Positions 47,593-57,896 are shown, counted from the stretch's first letter. The stretch: DNA of 64,000 nt from Patescibacteria group bacterium (GCA_022711335.1 JAKLFF010000001.1:259016-323015); one strand, 5' to 3'. Made by a program: numbers and translations. The notes: generated by a model from the sequence alone, not told the origin.

Positions 47593-48600
47593 TTATTTCA
47601 AATATTTCCCGTATTTGCTTGGGGGATAATAGCAATTGGGATTCGGATATTCGTCCGGATCAAGGCAGCATTCCATATCCAGATGCTTTTTTTTATTTTT
47701 ATCGCTTTTTGACGGATGGTCATTTTTATGATTGCAGACTCTTCTTCCCTGGCTGTCCTTGTCATAGACATACGGCATGGGAGCGGTTATTCTGGGTTTC
47801 ACAGGAACAACTTTCGGCTTTTTAATTTTTATAAGATTGAGGGTCGACGCGGCGGAAAAAAATTCCGGAAAATTTTCCAAAAGATCGCTTCTTAAATCAC
47901 CGCCCGTTTGGGCATCCTTTTCTAAAACAGGAACGACGTTATATATATATTCATCTCTTACCAAGTTATAAAATAAAATTGACTGGTAGCAAATGTCTCC
48001 GGAGGGAATATACACGCGCTCAGCCGGAAAATTTTCATTTTCCAGAAGATGTCCCGTTATCTGCCGGCAGGAGCTTTCTTCCGAAAAATCTTCCCCATTT
48101 TTTTTCACAAACTCTTCCGTATCTTCCACATTTTTGATTTTTTTAATATCATAAACCAAAATGTCGTAACCGAAAAAATGGCCGCTGGCTTCGGTTCCCG
48201 CTTTTCTAAATTCGTATTTTTGCGCCCATTTTGACCCATGCGCAGCTTTTTTCAAAATTGGAGTTTTCCAATCTCCTGGATATTTAATTTCAAATCCGTA
48301 CCATTCGTTTTTATAATCTTTCCAGCCGTCAAAATTCGCCTCGTTTTGGACCGCAGCAATTTTTTCATCATCGCTGGGGAGCGCAATAGTTTCCGCCTGG
48401 GGCTCTTCCACGACAGAGACATGGGGAATATATTCCGATTTTTTCGGAATATTGACCGCGACTACCAGCCAAGAAACAAAAATTATGCAAAAAATAGAAA
48501 GAACATCTCTTTCAAGATTCTTCCGCTGCAAAAAAAATTTGCAAAAATATTTTTTTCCTTTCTCAAAATAATCTTTAAATATGTTTTTTTCCATCCGCAT
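47593..48600 (-). CDS. Hypothetical membrane-anchored exported protein with C-terminal Cys-rich tail
   Basis: 335 aa, one TM, no recognisable domain. Confidence 0.4.
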   Translation of the reverse strand: MRMEKNIFKDYFEKGKKYFCKFFLQRKNLERDVLSIFCIIFVSWLVVAVNIPKKSEYIPHVSVVEEPQAETIALPSDDEKIAAVQNEANFDGWKDYKNEWYGFEIKYPGDWKTPILKKAAHGSKWAQKYEFRKAGTEASGHFFGYDILVYDIKKIKNVEDTEEFVKKNGEDFSEESSCRQITGHLLENENFPAERVYIPSGDICYQSILFYNLVRDEYIYNVVPVLEKDAQTGGDLRSDLLENFPEFFSAASTLNLIKIKKPKVVPVKPRITAPMPYVYDKDSQGRRVCNHKNDHPSKSDKNKKKHLDMECCLDPDEYPNPNCYYPPSKYGKYLK

Positions 48601-48614
48601 TTTCTGATTCGTTG

Positions 48615-49466
48615 CTATTTAGGCGCAGCCTTGAAGAAATTTGCTATTTTCTCGAAAAAACTGGCGACCTCTTCTTTTTCCGGATTCAGCCGTTTTTTGA
48701 TTTCCCCTATCATCAAACTAGCCGCACGGTATCCTTCATCCATAAGAGCATCCGCCTTTTTAAAATCTGAAGAGGTGAATTTTTCCAGATGCGGCTCAAT
48801 GAGAATTTCAGCCTGTCCGGGAATAAAAGCCTGCTGGGTTCTGGTCAGGATGCTATATGAATTAGTTATCACTTCCAAAATATTGTGGCTTTTTTTGAGC
48901 GTTCTCCAATGTCCCAAATTGACGCCGATCTTCAGCTGGGCTCCCATTTTCTTGAGTGGAGAAAGAGGCAGATTTTCAACAAGCCCGCCGTCCACCAATT
49001 TTTTCCCCTTTATCTTTATTGGGATAAACAGCGCTGGAAGGCAAGTGCTCGCCATAACCGCCTCCGCTACGCTTCCCTTTCGAAGAACCACTTCTTCTCC
49101 GGTATCGATATTCGCGGCAACTATCGCCAAGGGAATATAAGCGTCTTCTATTCGGACATCTCCGATCAGTTCTTTTATTATTTCCCCTACCGGCCGGTTG
49201 GAATTAAGGCCCATTTTTGAATAGCCGAAGCGGGAAACATTCGACCAGCTCAATCTTTCTGACACCTCGATCATTTTTTTGAGCGGTACGCCGAAGGCCA
49301 CGCAGACTGCCGCTACCGCTCCGGCGCTCGTTCCGGACACAAAATCAATCGGAATCTTGTTTTTCATGAGAGCCTTTATCACTCCGACATGGGCAATTCC
49401 AAGCGCCGACCCACCGGAAAACGCCACGCCGATTTTGGGATATTTTTTTTTGTTTTTTTTGAACAT
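48615..49466 (-). CDS. Patatin-like phospholipase
   Basis: GGSALGIAHVGV oxyanion loop, GTSAG nucleophile elbow, DGG catalytic Asp. Confidence 0.85.
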   Translation of the reverse strand: MFKKNKKKYPKIGVAFSGGSALGIAHVGVIKALMKNKIPIDFVSGTSAGAVAAVCVAFGVPLKKMIEVSERLSWSNVSRFGYSKMGLNSNRPVGEIIKELIGDVRIEDAYIPLAIVAANIDTGEEVVLRKGSVAEAVMASTCLPALFIPIKIKGKKLVDGGLVENLPLSPLKKMGAQLKIGVNLGHWRTLKKSHNILEVITNSYSILTRTQQAFIPGQAEILIEPHLEKFTSSDFKKADALMDEGYRAASLMIGEIKKRLNPEKEEVASFFEKIANFFKAAPK

Positions 49467-49612
49467 ATTTTATTTTCTGACTTAATTATACCACTTAATA
49501 TCAATTAGAAAAGCGGAGCAGCGAATGCCAAAAATCCAGCAAAGGACTTCTTTGCGCAATATTAAAAATCGGCTATAATAAAATAAAAATTAATCCATTT
49601 AAAATAAAAATT

Positions 49613-50092
49613 ATGGGCATAAATTCCAAAATCGCCAAGATTCCTTTTTTTGTCCTTTATCTTATTTCGGCTGCCATCACTTCATACAACTGGATCAGGG
49701 TTATCTTGTTTCAAAAAGATTTTGAAATTTTCCGCACCGAGCAGCCCTGGGATTATCATTTGTCCAATTTTTTTGTTAACAGTTTCGGTATTACCCACCA
49801 GCAGTATTTTATTTTTGCTTTTCCTATAATACTTTTGCTTCTATACGCCATTCCTAAAGCCACTGGAAAAATGATGAGCCTGGATGCAAAATCCAATGTC
49901 AAAGGGGATAATCATGTTGCCATAATCATCATTCTTCTTACCACTCCGGTTGCGCTGGGGATTCATAAATTTATCGGCTCGGGCTGGAAAAGCCACCTTA
50001 TTCCAGGAGCCGCCTTGGTCATTTTATTTTCTTTCTGGTCCTGGATAGATGAAAAAAGGTTTAAATCTGAAAACAGCCAAAACCAGCTTTAA
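49613..50092 (+). CDS. Hypothetical integral membrane protein (4 TM)
   Basis: 159-aa hydrophobic ORF followed by terminator. Confidence 0.4.
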   Translation: MGINSKIAKIPFFVLYLISAAITSYNWIRVILFQKDFEIFRTEQPWDYHLSNFFVNSFGITHQQYFIFAFPIILLLLYAIPKATGKMMSLDAKSNVKGDNHVAIIIILLTTPVALGIHKFIGSGWKSHLIPGAALVILFSFWSWIDEKRFKSENSQNQL

Positions 50093-50122
50093 AAAAAACC
50101 CGGCCTTGCCGGATTTTTAATC
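50093..50122. terminator. Bidirectional intrinsic terminator (aaaaaaaacccggccttgccggattttt)
   Basis: Near-identical copy at 55294..55322. Confidence 0.55.
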
Positions 50123-50147
50123 TTTTTAATCCTGCCGCCGCTTACTT

Positions 50148-53100
50148 TTAGAAATCAAGGCATTTGTCATCCTTTATTTTACTTTCGCTTTTCACGAAAG
50201 TAATGAACAAAACTGGAACAAGAAACAACGTTAGGAACGAAGACAGCAGCAAGCCGAATATGACGGCGCTTCCAAGCGCCCGCCAAAGTTCATTGGAAAG
50301 GGTGATGGGAATTATTCCAAAGATGGTGCAAATGGAAGTAATGAAGATAGCTTCAAGCCTTGATTTTCCGGCGTCAACAACAGCTTCAAAAAAGGGAATG
50401 CCGAATTTGATATTCAAGTTTATCTTGTCAATGAGAATGATGGCATTTTTGACAACAATTCCAAAAAGCGCCAAAATTCCAACAAGGCCTGGGAAGCTCA
50501 GGCTTATTCCGAAAATAGTCATGCCAATAAATGTTCCGATAAGCGCCAGCGGCAAAGTTACAAGAACTATCGCCGCTTTTTTGAATGAATTGAATTGGAC
50601 CACCATAGTAGAAATAATCAGCAGTCCGGCAATAAGCATGGCTCGAAGGATAGATTGCACCGATTCGGCATTTTGTTCATTTTCTCCTCCGTAAGTTATC
50701 TCATATCCTTGCGGCAATTTATATTCTGCCGCTGCTTTTTTTTGAAACTCGGAGACAACTTGGGTTGCATTGGTTTTTCCGCTGACATCAGCAGTAAGCA
50801 ATACTGTTCTTTTTTGGTCGATGCGAGTGATTGATTCAACGGATGGCTTAAGTTCGATTTTGGCAACATCCTTGATATAAACCGCCTGGCTTTGGGAATT
50901 TAATATCTGCAAATTTTGGATTGATTCTAAAGTTGGAATTTTATCTTCATCAAATTTTGCCACTACATCAATATCCTTATTCCCTGAAATAACGGTGGAT
51001 ATTTTTGTTCCGGAAATAGCTGTCCTTAGGGTAGCGCCGACAGAAGAGGCGCTCAAATTATAAAACTGCATTTTTATCGGGTCCAGCTTGAAAGTATATT
51101 CAGCCGGGGCATTTCTTAGCGAGATTTCGCTGTTAACAGTTCCGGAGATGGAATCTAAAATCGGCTTAAGATCAGCAGCAATTTTGTCGAGAGTCTGAAG
51201 ATCTGAACCGGCAATCTGCGCTTGAAAAGCGGAACCGGATGGCGGACCGCCCCTGGGAGCAGAAACCGTTATAGCCGCTCCCTGGATATCTGAAATATCC
51301 TCGCGGATTTTGTCGGCCAGTGCATAGGAAGTTATTCTTTTTTCAGTAGTCGGAGTGAGTTTTATGGATATAGAAGCAGTATTGGAATTATCCCTTCCGG
51401 AAGATAAGCTATCTGTTGATCCTGAGTTGCCGACTAAAGTGGAAAAACTGACAATCTCCGGGTATTTCAAAAGCCTTTCTTCAACCTGGGCCGTTATCGG
51501 GTCCATGTGCTCCAGGGCCAATCCGGATGGAGCACGCAGGCTAATCGAGATAGTATCCTGATTTGAAGCGGAAAAAAATTCAGTCTTAAGCACTCCGGCG
51601 GCCGGCAGCGAAACAGCAAAAATAAAAAGAACCAAAACCGAAAAAATGAATGTTAGCCGGCGTTTTCTTGTGCTTAATATTTTTCTCAAATATTTTTCAT
51701 AAATCGGAAGCAAGCGGTCAAAATGAATGATTCCGTGGACAAGTTTTCCGGTAAAATTGTTCGATTCGCGGTCTCCCTGATTTTTGAGCTTGAGTTTGAT
51801 AAGTTCGTCATCATTGCATTCCTTGTCAGCCAAACTTTTATTCTCTTCAAGCTTTTCTTTGCCAGCTCTGAAATACCAGGAAAACATCCAAAGAATTATA
51901 AAAAAAGATCCGGCGCCGGCAGCATATCCCTCAAATGAAAGAGTGGCAACGCCGAAGATTCCCACTCCCAAAAGAATAGCCATAATAAGGAAAAAAAATC
52001 TTTTGGTAAGGCGGATGCGCTCAAGAACGGCAGCCAACGGATGATTTACCATAAGGGCGATAAGCAGCGATGCGCCCAGTGTCACGGAAACAGTTATGGG
52101 AATGGATTTGATAAACTGCCCGATGATTCCGGTAGACATAAGAAGCGGCAAAAAGGCCCAGATAGTCGCCAGCGTTGTGGTTGTAAGAACAACTTTGAAA
52201 TCATGAAGAACCAGAAGGACCGCTTCCTCCGGAGTGTATTTTCCGGTTTTCATATATTGTTTGGTAGCGCTGACGACAACAATGGCATCATCCACCAAAA
52301 GGCCCAGAGCCAAAATCAGGGAGAAAATAGAAAGAAAATTGAGAGATATCCCCGTAACCGACATTACGCCAAAAGTAACAAAAAATACCAAAGGAATGGC
52401 CATTCCAGCCACAAAAGCTTCTTTCAATCCGACTACCAGGAAAAGAATGCCTATGACCAAAATCAAAGTAAAGAAAAAATCATGCACCAGCTGGTTAAAA
52501 TCTTGATTTATCAAGTCAGCTTGGTTGAAGGCAATGGCATAGTTTATGCCAGGCGGGAAGGAATCAACTTGGCTTTCCATTGTTTTTTTCGCCCCGTCAA
52601 CTGTTTCAATAATCGAGCTGCCCGTTCTTTTGACAATCTGGATGGAAATTGCTTCTTTTGGCTGGCTTCCTCTTGAAGAAAAGCGGGACAGAACCGTTTT
52701 CTTAATAGCCGTTTCTTCCACTTTGGCAATATCTTTCAAATAGACAATCCCCCCGTTGTCCGTGTGAAGAATGGCAATTTTTCCCAGTGTTTCAGCATCA
52801 AAAAATCGCGCATCCGCCCGGACTGGATAATTATATTCTTCTCCTTCAAAATTTCCAGCTGGGATGGCGCGATTGGTGGCAGAAACAACCTGATTGGCCT
52901 GATCGGTGGTTACATTATAGAAAGATAATTTTTGTGGATCGTAAAAGATGTCAAATTCACGTTCGTCCCCGCCGGAAACATTAACCTCCCGGATCCCGGG
53001 AATTTTTTCCAATTCGTCCTGAATATTTTCCGCATAAGTCCGCATGGTAAATCCATCATACGGACCGGTGAGCTGGAAAGTAGCAATCGGAGTATTGTCA

Positions 53101-53606
53101 AAAGATATTTCAATAACTTGCGGGTCTTCAGCGTCTTCTGAAATGTCGTTTCGGATATCAGGCAATTTATCGCGGAGTTTTCTTATGGCATCGTCAATAT
53201 CCTGATTGGAATCAAATTCAACAGTTACGGTAGACAATGAATTGGATGACGTAGAAGTAATTTTGTCTATCCCTTCTACTCCAGAAATATTAGTTTCGAT
53301 TTTTTTGGTAACAAGCTCTTCGACATCAGAGGGAGACGCTCCAGCATAGAAATCCGTGATGATGGCAACCGGAATTTTCACCTCCGGATTCGATTCCCGG
53401 GGAAGGTTGATATAGGAATAAATTCCCCAGCCGGAGATAAGCATTATCATGAGGATGACAACCCTGAAATTAGTGACAAAAAAATTGAGCCAGGTTTTTC
53501 GGAGTTCCGGACGAAATTCCAATCTGGCCAGATAGGCCAGATCAGATGATTGAAAATCATCCTTTTTTTCCGAGATTTCTTGATTTTTAGATTCAATATT
53601 TTTCAT
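50148..53606 (-). CDS. RND-family efflux transporter permease (AcrB/HAE1-like, 12 TM, two large periplasmic loops)
   Basis: 1152 aa with duplicated 6-TM + loop architecture. Confidence 0.9.
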   Translation of the reverse strand: MKNIESKNQEISEKKDDFQSSDLAYLARLEFRPELRKTWLNFFVTNFRVVILMIMLISGWGIYSYINLPRESNPEVKIPVAIITDFYAGASPSDVEELVTKKIETNISGVEGIDKITSTSSNSLSTVTVEFDSNQDIDDAIRKLRDKLPDIRNDISEDAEDPQVIEISFDNTPIATFQLTGPYDGFTMRTYAENIQDELEKIPGIREVNVSGGDEREFDIFYDPQKLSFYNVTTDQANQVVSATNRAIPAGNFEGEEYNYPVRADARFFDAETLGKIAILHTDNGGIVYLKDIAKVEETAIKKTVLSRFSSRGSQPKEAISIQIVKRTGSSIIETVDGAKKTMESQVDSFPPGINYAIAFNQADLINQDFNQLVHDFFFTLILVIGILFLVVGLKEAFVAGMAIPLVFFVTFGVMSVTGISLNFLSIFSLILALGLLVDDAIVVVSATKQYMKTGKYTPEEAVLLVLHDFKVVLTTTTLATIWAFLPLLMSTGIIGQFIKSIPITVSVTLGASLLIALMVNHPLAAVLERIRLTKRFFFLIMAILLGVGIFGVATLSFEGYAAGAGSFFIILWMFSWYFRAGKEKLEENKSLADKECNDDELIKLKLKNQGDRESNNFTGKLVHGIIHFDRLLPIYEKYLRKILSTRKRRLTFIFSVLVLFIFAVSLPAAGVLKTEFFSASNQDTISISLRAPSGLALEHMDPITAQVEERLLKYPEIVSFSTLVGNSGSTDSLSSGRDNSNTASISIKLTPTTEKRITSYALADKIREDISDIQGAAITVSAPRGGPPSGSAFQAQIAGSDLQTLDKIAADLKPILDSISGTVNSEISLRNAPAEYTFKLDPIKMQFYNLSASSVGATLRTAISGTKISTVISGNKDIDVVAKFDEDKIPTLESIQNLQILNSQSQAVYIKDVAKIELKPSVESITRIDQKRTVLLTADVSGKTNATQVVSEFQKKAAAEYKLPQGYEITYGGENEQNAESVQSILRAMLIAGLLIISTMVVQFNSFKKAAIVLVTLPLALIGTFIGMTIFGISLSFPGLVGILALFGIVVKNAIILIDKINLNIKFGIPFFEAVVDAGKSRLEAIFITSICTIFGIIPITLSNELWRALGSAVIFGLLLSSFLTLFLVPVLFITFVKSESKIKDDKCLDF

Positions 53607-53634
53607 TCTGGCTTGTCTTGCTAATAATTTATTG

Positions 53635-54699
53635 CTACGCAGAAACTTCTTCCCCGTCTTCTACCAGCTTGCTTCCTTTTATAATAATCCGGGCGTCTTT
53701 CGCAATGTCCGTTTTTATTTCTGCATATTCTCCCTGGACTTTTTCGACGGAAACAGCAGTTTTTTTGGCATGGCCGTTCTCAATAATGAAAATGTGGCTT
53801 TCGTTTTGGCTCAAGGTTATCGCTGAAAGCGGAAGGATTAAATTTCCCGGGGTATCCGGAGTTCTGGTCACATCCAAAGAAACAGATATGACCGATCCGA
53901 TGAGGAGAGGGCTTTTTCCAGAAGGACTCGCCTCGATCAAAAATCGCTTTGTTTCCGGATCGGCCTGAGGCGAAATCCTGATAACAATTCCTTCCTTAAC
54001 ATCGCCGTCTTCGTTTATGCTTATCTTTGTCCCGATCTTGAAATTGGAAAGATCTTCTTTATCCACAAAAAATTGGACCTTTGTCAGAGCTGTTTTCGAA
54101 ATGGTAGCAATTTTCTGTCCGACACTCACTGAATCTCCCTGGGAAACAGGCTTCTCCGTCACTGTTCCAGAAATGGGAGAAATAACAAGCCTGTTATTAA
54201 GCGCACCATTTAGCGCCGTTTCGGCTATTTCCAGATTGATTTCAGCTACTTCTTTGGCTTTTTTGTTTGTATAAGTTTTGTCATCCTGGTATGTTCTTTT
54301 TGCCGACTTGTATTTTTCTTCAGCTGATTCCACTTCTAATTCAAGCGCTTGAACAGCCGCGCTTTTAAGGCCGTTTTCTCCAATTTCGAAATTATTTCCA
54401 ATTTCATCAATAACTGCCAATTGTTTCCCCTGAAAAACCTTGCCTCCCAGATCAAAGTTAATCCGAGTGATTGTTCCCGCAGCATTAGCACTAAGAGTAA
54501 TCTGCTGGTCGCCAGCGGTCAGGGCCGGATATTCCAAAACCTGGGCAAGTTTGGTGCTGGCGTCGGCACTTTGCGTAGTGACATTCAAAACTTCTTTCGG
54601 AACTGATTGTTCGACGGCCGTCCGTTTCTTGGAAATAACAAATGTGAGGATAAAAACGGCAGCAAGGGCTGCAGCGGCAACGATAATTTTTTTATTCAT
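53635..54699 (-). CDS. RND efflux periplasmic adaptor (membrane fusion protein, HlyD-like); start at internal MNKKIIVAAAAL
   Basis: Lipoyl/beta-barrel repeats, coiled-coil hairpin. Confidence 0.75.
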   Translation of the reverse strand: MNKKIIVAAAALAAVFILTFVISKKRTAVEQSVPKEVLNVTTQSADASTKLAQVLEYPALTAGDQQITLSANAAGTITRINFDLGGKVFQGKQLAVIDEIGNNFEIGENGLKSAAVQALELEVESAEEKYKSAKRTYQDDKTYTNKKAKEVAEINLEIAETALNGALNNRLVISPISGTVTEKPVSQGDSVSVGQKIATISKTALTKVQFFVDKEDLSNFKIGTKISINEDGDVKEGIVIRISPQADPETKRFLIEASPSGKSPLLIGSVISVSLDVTRTPDTPGNLILPLSAITLSQNESHIFIIENGHAKKTAVSVEKVQGEYAEIKTDIAKDARIIIKGSKLVEDGEEVSA

Positions 54700-54703
54700 A
54701 AAT

Positions 54704-55180
54704 TTATTTACAAAAATATTTAAGCTTGCATTGAGAAAATTCTTTTTCCTTAAAATCAATTATTTTGTTCAATTTATTAAAAAACGCGAAATGCCGTTCG
54801 ATTTCTTCCTGGCTAAAATTTGATTCCAATTCGAGTTTCACTTTTTTGAAATGACTTTTTATTTCCTGCAGCTTTTCCTTCCCAGCAGCCGTCAGTTTTA
54901 CAGATGACTTTCTTTTGTCCCCGGTCATATTTTTGTAGATTTTAACATAACCTTTTTTTTCCAGATAATCAAGTCGCTGGCTAATATTGGATTTAGTGCC
55001 TCCAACCAGCTTCATAATTTCTTTCGGCGCCATAGATTGTTTCCTGCAAAGCAGGCTCATTATTTTCACGCCGGAAATATTCATCCCTATGGGCCTAAAA
55101 AGGCAGCGGCTGGCAATAACCTCCAGCCGGGAAGCCATAAAAAGTATGGGTTCGATAATGGAATAGTATGAATTAGCCAT
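54704..55180 (-). CDS. MarR-family transcriptional regulator heading the RND efflux operon
   Basis: wHTH MAPKEIMKLVGGTKSNISQRLDYLEKKGYVK. Confidence 0.75.
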   Translation of the reverse strand: MANSYYSIIEPILFMASRLEVIASRCLFRPIGMNISGVKIMSLLCRKQSMAPKEIMKLVGGTKSNISQRLDYLEKKGYVKIYKNMTGDKRKSSVKLTAAGKEKLQEIKSHFKKVKLELESNFSQEEIERHFAFFNKLNKIIDFKEKEFSQCKLKYFCK

Positions 55181-55293
55181 TTTTTTATTTAATTTGAGTT
55201 ACCAAACTAGTTTATCAGTTAACTATTTTCTGTCAAGAACGCAGCTTAAGTGCAATAAATTTAATTAATATCCAGAAATATCAAGTTTTATTT

Positions 55294-55322
55294 AAAAAAC
55301 CCGGCATTTGCCGGATTTTTAA
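55294..55322. terminator. Bidirectional intrinsic terminator (aaaaaacccggcatttgccggattttt), copy of 50093 element
   Basis: Direct comparison of the two sequences. Confidence 0.55.
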
Positions 55323-55353
55323 ATCTTTATTTCCTCCAATCGCTGATTTCCCT

Positions 55354-55707
55354 TTAAATATGAAGCGCTTTTCTTAGGATTATTAATATCAAACCTGCTA
55401 TAAACAAAATTGTAAAAATAGCCTTGTTGTGGCGGGCCAGTAAATTTGGAAGAAAAATATCAAAATTATCCTGGCGATTATCTGTATATTTTTGGGCAAT
55501 AACTGTAAGCGGGCATTTCCATTTGAAAATAAAAAGAATTATTCCTTCGCCCAGAATTATTATTATTGAAGCGTAGACATATCCATTATCAATGCCGAAA
55601 ATGCCAGCTAACAGAATGAAAATAACGCAAGCGGCCATAGCCGCCCAGATCAAAGTGTGCGTCAGTCTTATAACAAAAAGCTTGGTGTTTGAATAATCGG
55701 TTTTCAT
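55354..55707 (-). CDS. Hypothetical 4-TM membrane protein (DUF2784-like)
   Basis: 117 aa hydrophobic; flanked by 15-bp direct repeat ttcctccaatcgctg containing the RBS on the minus strand. Confidence 0.4.
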   Translation of the reverse strand: MKTDYSNTKLFVIRLTHTLIWAAMAACVIFILLAGIFGIDNGYVYASIIIILGEGIILFIFKWKCPLTVIAQKYTDNRQDNFDIFLPNLLARHNKAIFTILFIAGLILIILRKALHI

Positions 55708-55735
55708 ATCATTTCTTCCTCCAATCGCTGCCGAT

Positions 55736-56848
55736 CTAAAAATCCTTATGCCCTGCGTTTTTTAAATCCTTTTTCACCTTTTTAATAAATTTCCCAAATT
55801 GTTTTCCTTTTTCTTTTTTTTCCATTTTACTCATTTCATAGTGCTCGACTTCTTTTTTCAGGCTGATGAAGTTTGAATATTTACTCTCGTCCAAGTTGCC
55901 TGTTTTCAATTCAGCGAGAACTGCGCAGCCGGGTTCGTGGATATGCGTACAGTTGGCATATTTGCAATTTTCAGCCAAGGCGATTATTTCTTGAAATATG
56001 TCGTCTATTCCGGCACTGGCATCAGCCATTCCCACTTCCCGCACGCCGGGGTTGTCGATAATAATCCCACCGCTTTCCAAAAAATACATTTCCCGGCTAG
56101 TGGTGGCATGTTTTCCCCTATCTGAATATGAACTTATATTTTCAGTTTTTATCGCCTCTTTACTAAGCAATTTATTGATGAGCGAGGATTTTCCGACACC
56201 GGATGAACCGAGAAAACAATAGGTTTTGTCTTTTTCAATATATTTCTCAAGATTGCTTAAACCTTCATTAGTCACTGCGCTGGTCTGGATGACATCTGCG
56301 TCTGGAAACCGGTTTTTTATTTCCTCTACTTTCGAATCCAATTCTTCGCGGGAAATCAGATCAATTTTGTTGAGTATTATGGCCGGCTTTACGCCGCTAT
56401 TTCGTACTATCGCAAAATATCTTTCAAAGCGGTTAAGATTATAATCCCGGCCGAGAGACTCAACAATAAAAGCCGTATCGATGTTGGCCGCTATGACCTG
56501 TGCATCATTTTTTTCTCCCTTTCTATTTTTGTCCCCATGCCTTCTTTTTATTATTGTCTTTCTCGGCAAAATTCCCCGTATCATCGCTTGATCTTCATCA
56601 GTTTCGCTTATGGCCACCCAGTCGCCGACAGCCGGATAATCTTCTTTGGATGCAGCATGAAACATCTGCCTTCCGGTGATTTTCGCCAGATATTCCCCCT
56701 CTGTATTTTTGACTTTATATGCGCCTTTCTGCTGTGAAATCACCCGGGCAACCGAAAAGCCGCCTAATTCCAATTTTTTTCGATTAGATTCAAAAAACGC
56801 ATCATATCCCAGATCTTCCATCGCCAATTTTTTATTTTCACCGTTCAT
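55736..56848 (-). CDS. rsgA: Ribosome small-subunit-dependent GTPase A (RsgA/YjeQ)
   Basis: Circularly permuted GTPase motifs, GSSGVGKSSLIN, C-terminal Zn finger CKYANCTHIHEPGC. Confidence 0.85.
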   Translation of the reverse strand: MNGENKKLAMEDLGYDAFFESNRKKLELGGFSVARVISQQKGAYKVKNTEGEYLAKITGRQMFHAASKEDYPAVGDWVAISETDEDQAMIRGILPRKTIIKRRHGDKNRKGEKNDAQVIAANIDTAFIVESLGRDYNLNRFERYFAIVRNSGVKPAIILNKIDLISREELDSKVEEIKNRFPDADVIQTSAVTNEGLSNLEKYIEKDKTYCFLGSSGVGKSSLINKLLSKEAIKTENISSYSDRGKHATTSREMYFLESGGIIIDNPGVREVGMADASAGIDDIFQEIIALAENCKYANCTHIHEPGCAVLAELKTGNLDESKYSNFISLKKEVEHYEMSKMEKKEKGKQFGKFIKKVKKDLKNAGHKDF

Positions 56849-56940
56849 TTTCTTTTCTTTACTCTATCAAAAACAGACTTACTAGTCTAATCATGGTATA
56901 ATTCAGATATAATTTTAAACTATTATATAAACCAACCCGT

Positions 56941-57321
56941 ATGAAAAAGAAAATCATCCTATTGCTTTTAGCGTTTATTCTAATTTCCACAGCGCTTATC
57001 ATTTTTTTCTCTCGGACAAAAAAGGCAAATACGCCGGAGCCATCAGCTCCCGCTCAGCTGGAAACAAAAACAGAAACTATAAAACCAGATGAGAACAAGG
57101 CGGTGTCCAAAAATTACCAGGAATCATTCTATTCGCAGTTTAAAGTTGATTTGGGCGATACCAACAGGTTTGATACATTGGGCGAATTGGTTTATGAAAT
57201 CTATCAGACTATTTGGAAATACAACAATGAGCGTGTTCATACCGCTCTCAAAATGCCACCGATTCAATTTGCTAATCAATTTTTAATCTCAGAGTTCGTG
57301 TCTAAGAAAATGGGTACTTGA
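56941..57321 (+). CDS. Hypothetical signal-peptide protein whose C-terminal ~45 aa resemble the C-terminal tail of an IS3/IS481-type DDE transposase
   Basis: RFDTLGELVYEIYQTIWKYNNERVHTALKMPPIQF vs transposase tail ...YNnxRpHsaLgyxtPxef. Confidence 0.35.
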   Translation: MKKKIILLLLAFILISTALIIFFSRTKKANTPEPSAPAQLETKTETIKPDENKAVSKNYQESFYSQFKVDLGDTNRFDTLGELVYEIYQTIWKYNNERVHTALKMPPIQFANQFLISEFVSKKMGT

Positions 57322-57500
57322 CAAAATGCCAAAAATATTGTTACAAGAAAACTTAACCAAGCAAGATAATAAAAGATATCCTCAACACTACGAGGCACTA
57401 TATTATTGTCGTCTACAAGAATATACGCCACAGCAAACAATAAGCCAATAATTAATGTGTGTTTCCATTTGATACTTGATAATGAAAAAGTTTTTTTCAT
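57276..57500 (-). CDS. Small two-TM membrane protein
   Basis: 74-aa ORF; overlaps 3' end of preceding plus-strand ORF. Confidence 0.3.
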   Translation of the reverse strand: MKKTFSLSSIKWKHTLIIGLLFAVAYILVDDNNIVPRSVEDIFYYLAWLSFLVTIFLAFCQVPIFLDTNSEIKN

Positions 57501-57545
57501 AAGGCTATTTTATCATATTTTTATCTGTTTTACTAACTTTCCCAA

Positions 57546-57572
57546 CGCAAAAAACACCCATTACAGGTGTCC
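57546..57572 (-). terminator. Intrinsic terminator (ACACC-cattaca-GGTGT + T6 on minus strand)
   Basis: Closes a ~330-nt gene-less transcription unit. Confidence 0.55.
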
Positions 57573-57896
57573 TTTGCTTGAACTTTGAAAGTAAATCACA
57601 AATTTTTGCGGTTCCCCGAACGAATGTTCAGGGCTGATAAACTAATATTACCAGAGTCACTGCCTGTCGGCAGGCAGGCTTTAAATATGTGTTCCATTGT
57701 AAATTCTTCTATTGGGATATCGCCCACATCTCGCACGAAGCATTTTAATCTTGAGCGATAACTTACGATGCTGGACAAGTTAAAAATTCTTCAGCGGTAT
57801 TGTTTATGGTTCGTGTGTGATTACTCCTTTCCATAGTAAGGCAATGTTACCTTCGTGTTAAAGGAAGTCAAATGGAGTTACCCACTGCTGAAATAA

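Noticed and set aside
48238-49140. 300-aa plus-strand ORF
   Set aside because: Antisense to the patatin gene (GTSAG, DGG motifs on minus strand).
50164-52743. Multiple plus-strand ORFs (50164..50694, 52041..52676 etc.)
   Set aside because: All antisense to the 1152-aa RND permease gene.
55326-55730. 15-bp direct repeat ttcctccaatcgctg flanking gene 55354..55707 as a target-site duplication
   Set aside because: The repeat contains the GGAGG ribosome-binding site on the minus strand. It is more simply a duplicated RBS/UTR segment, and there is no other evidence of mobility.
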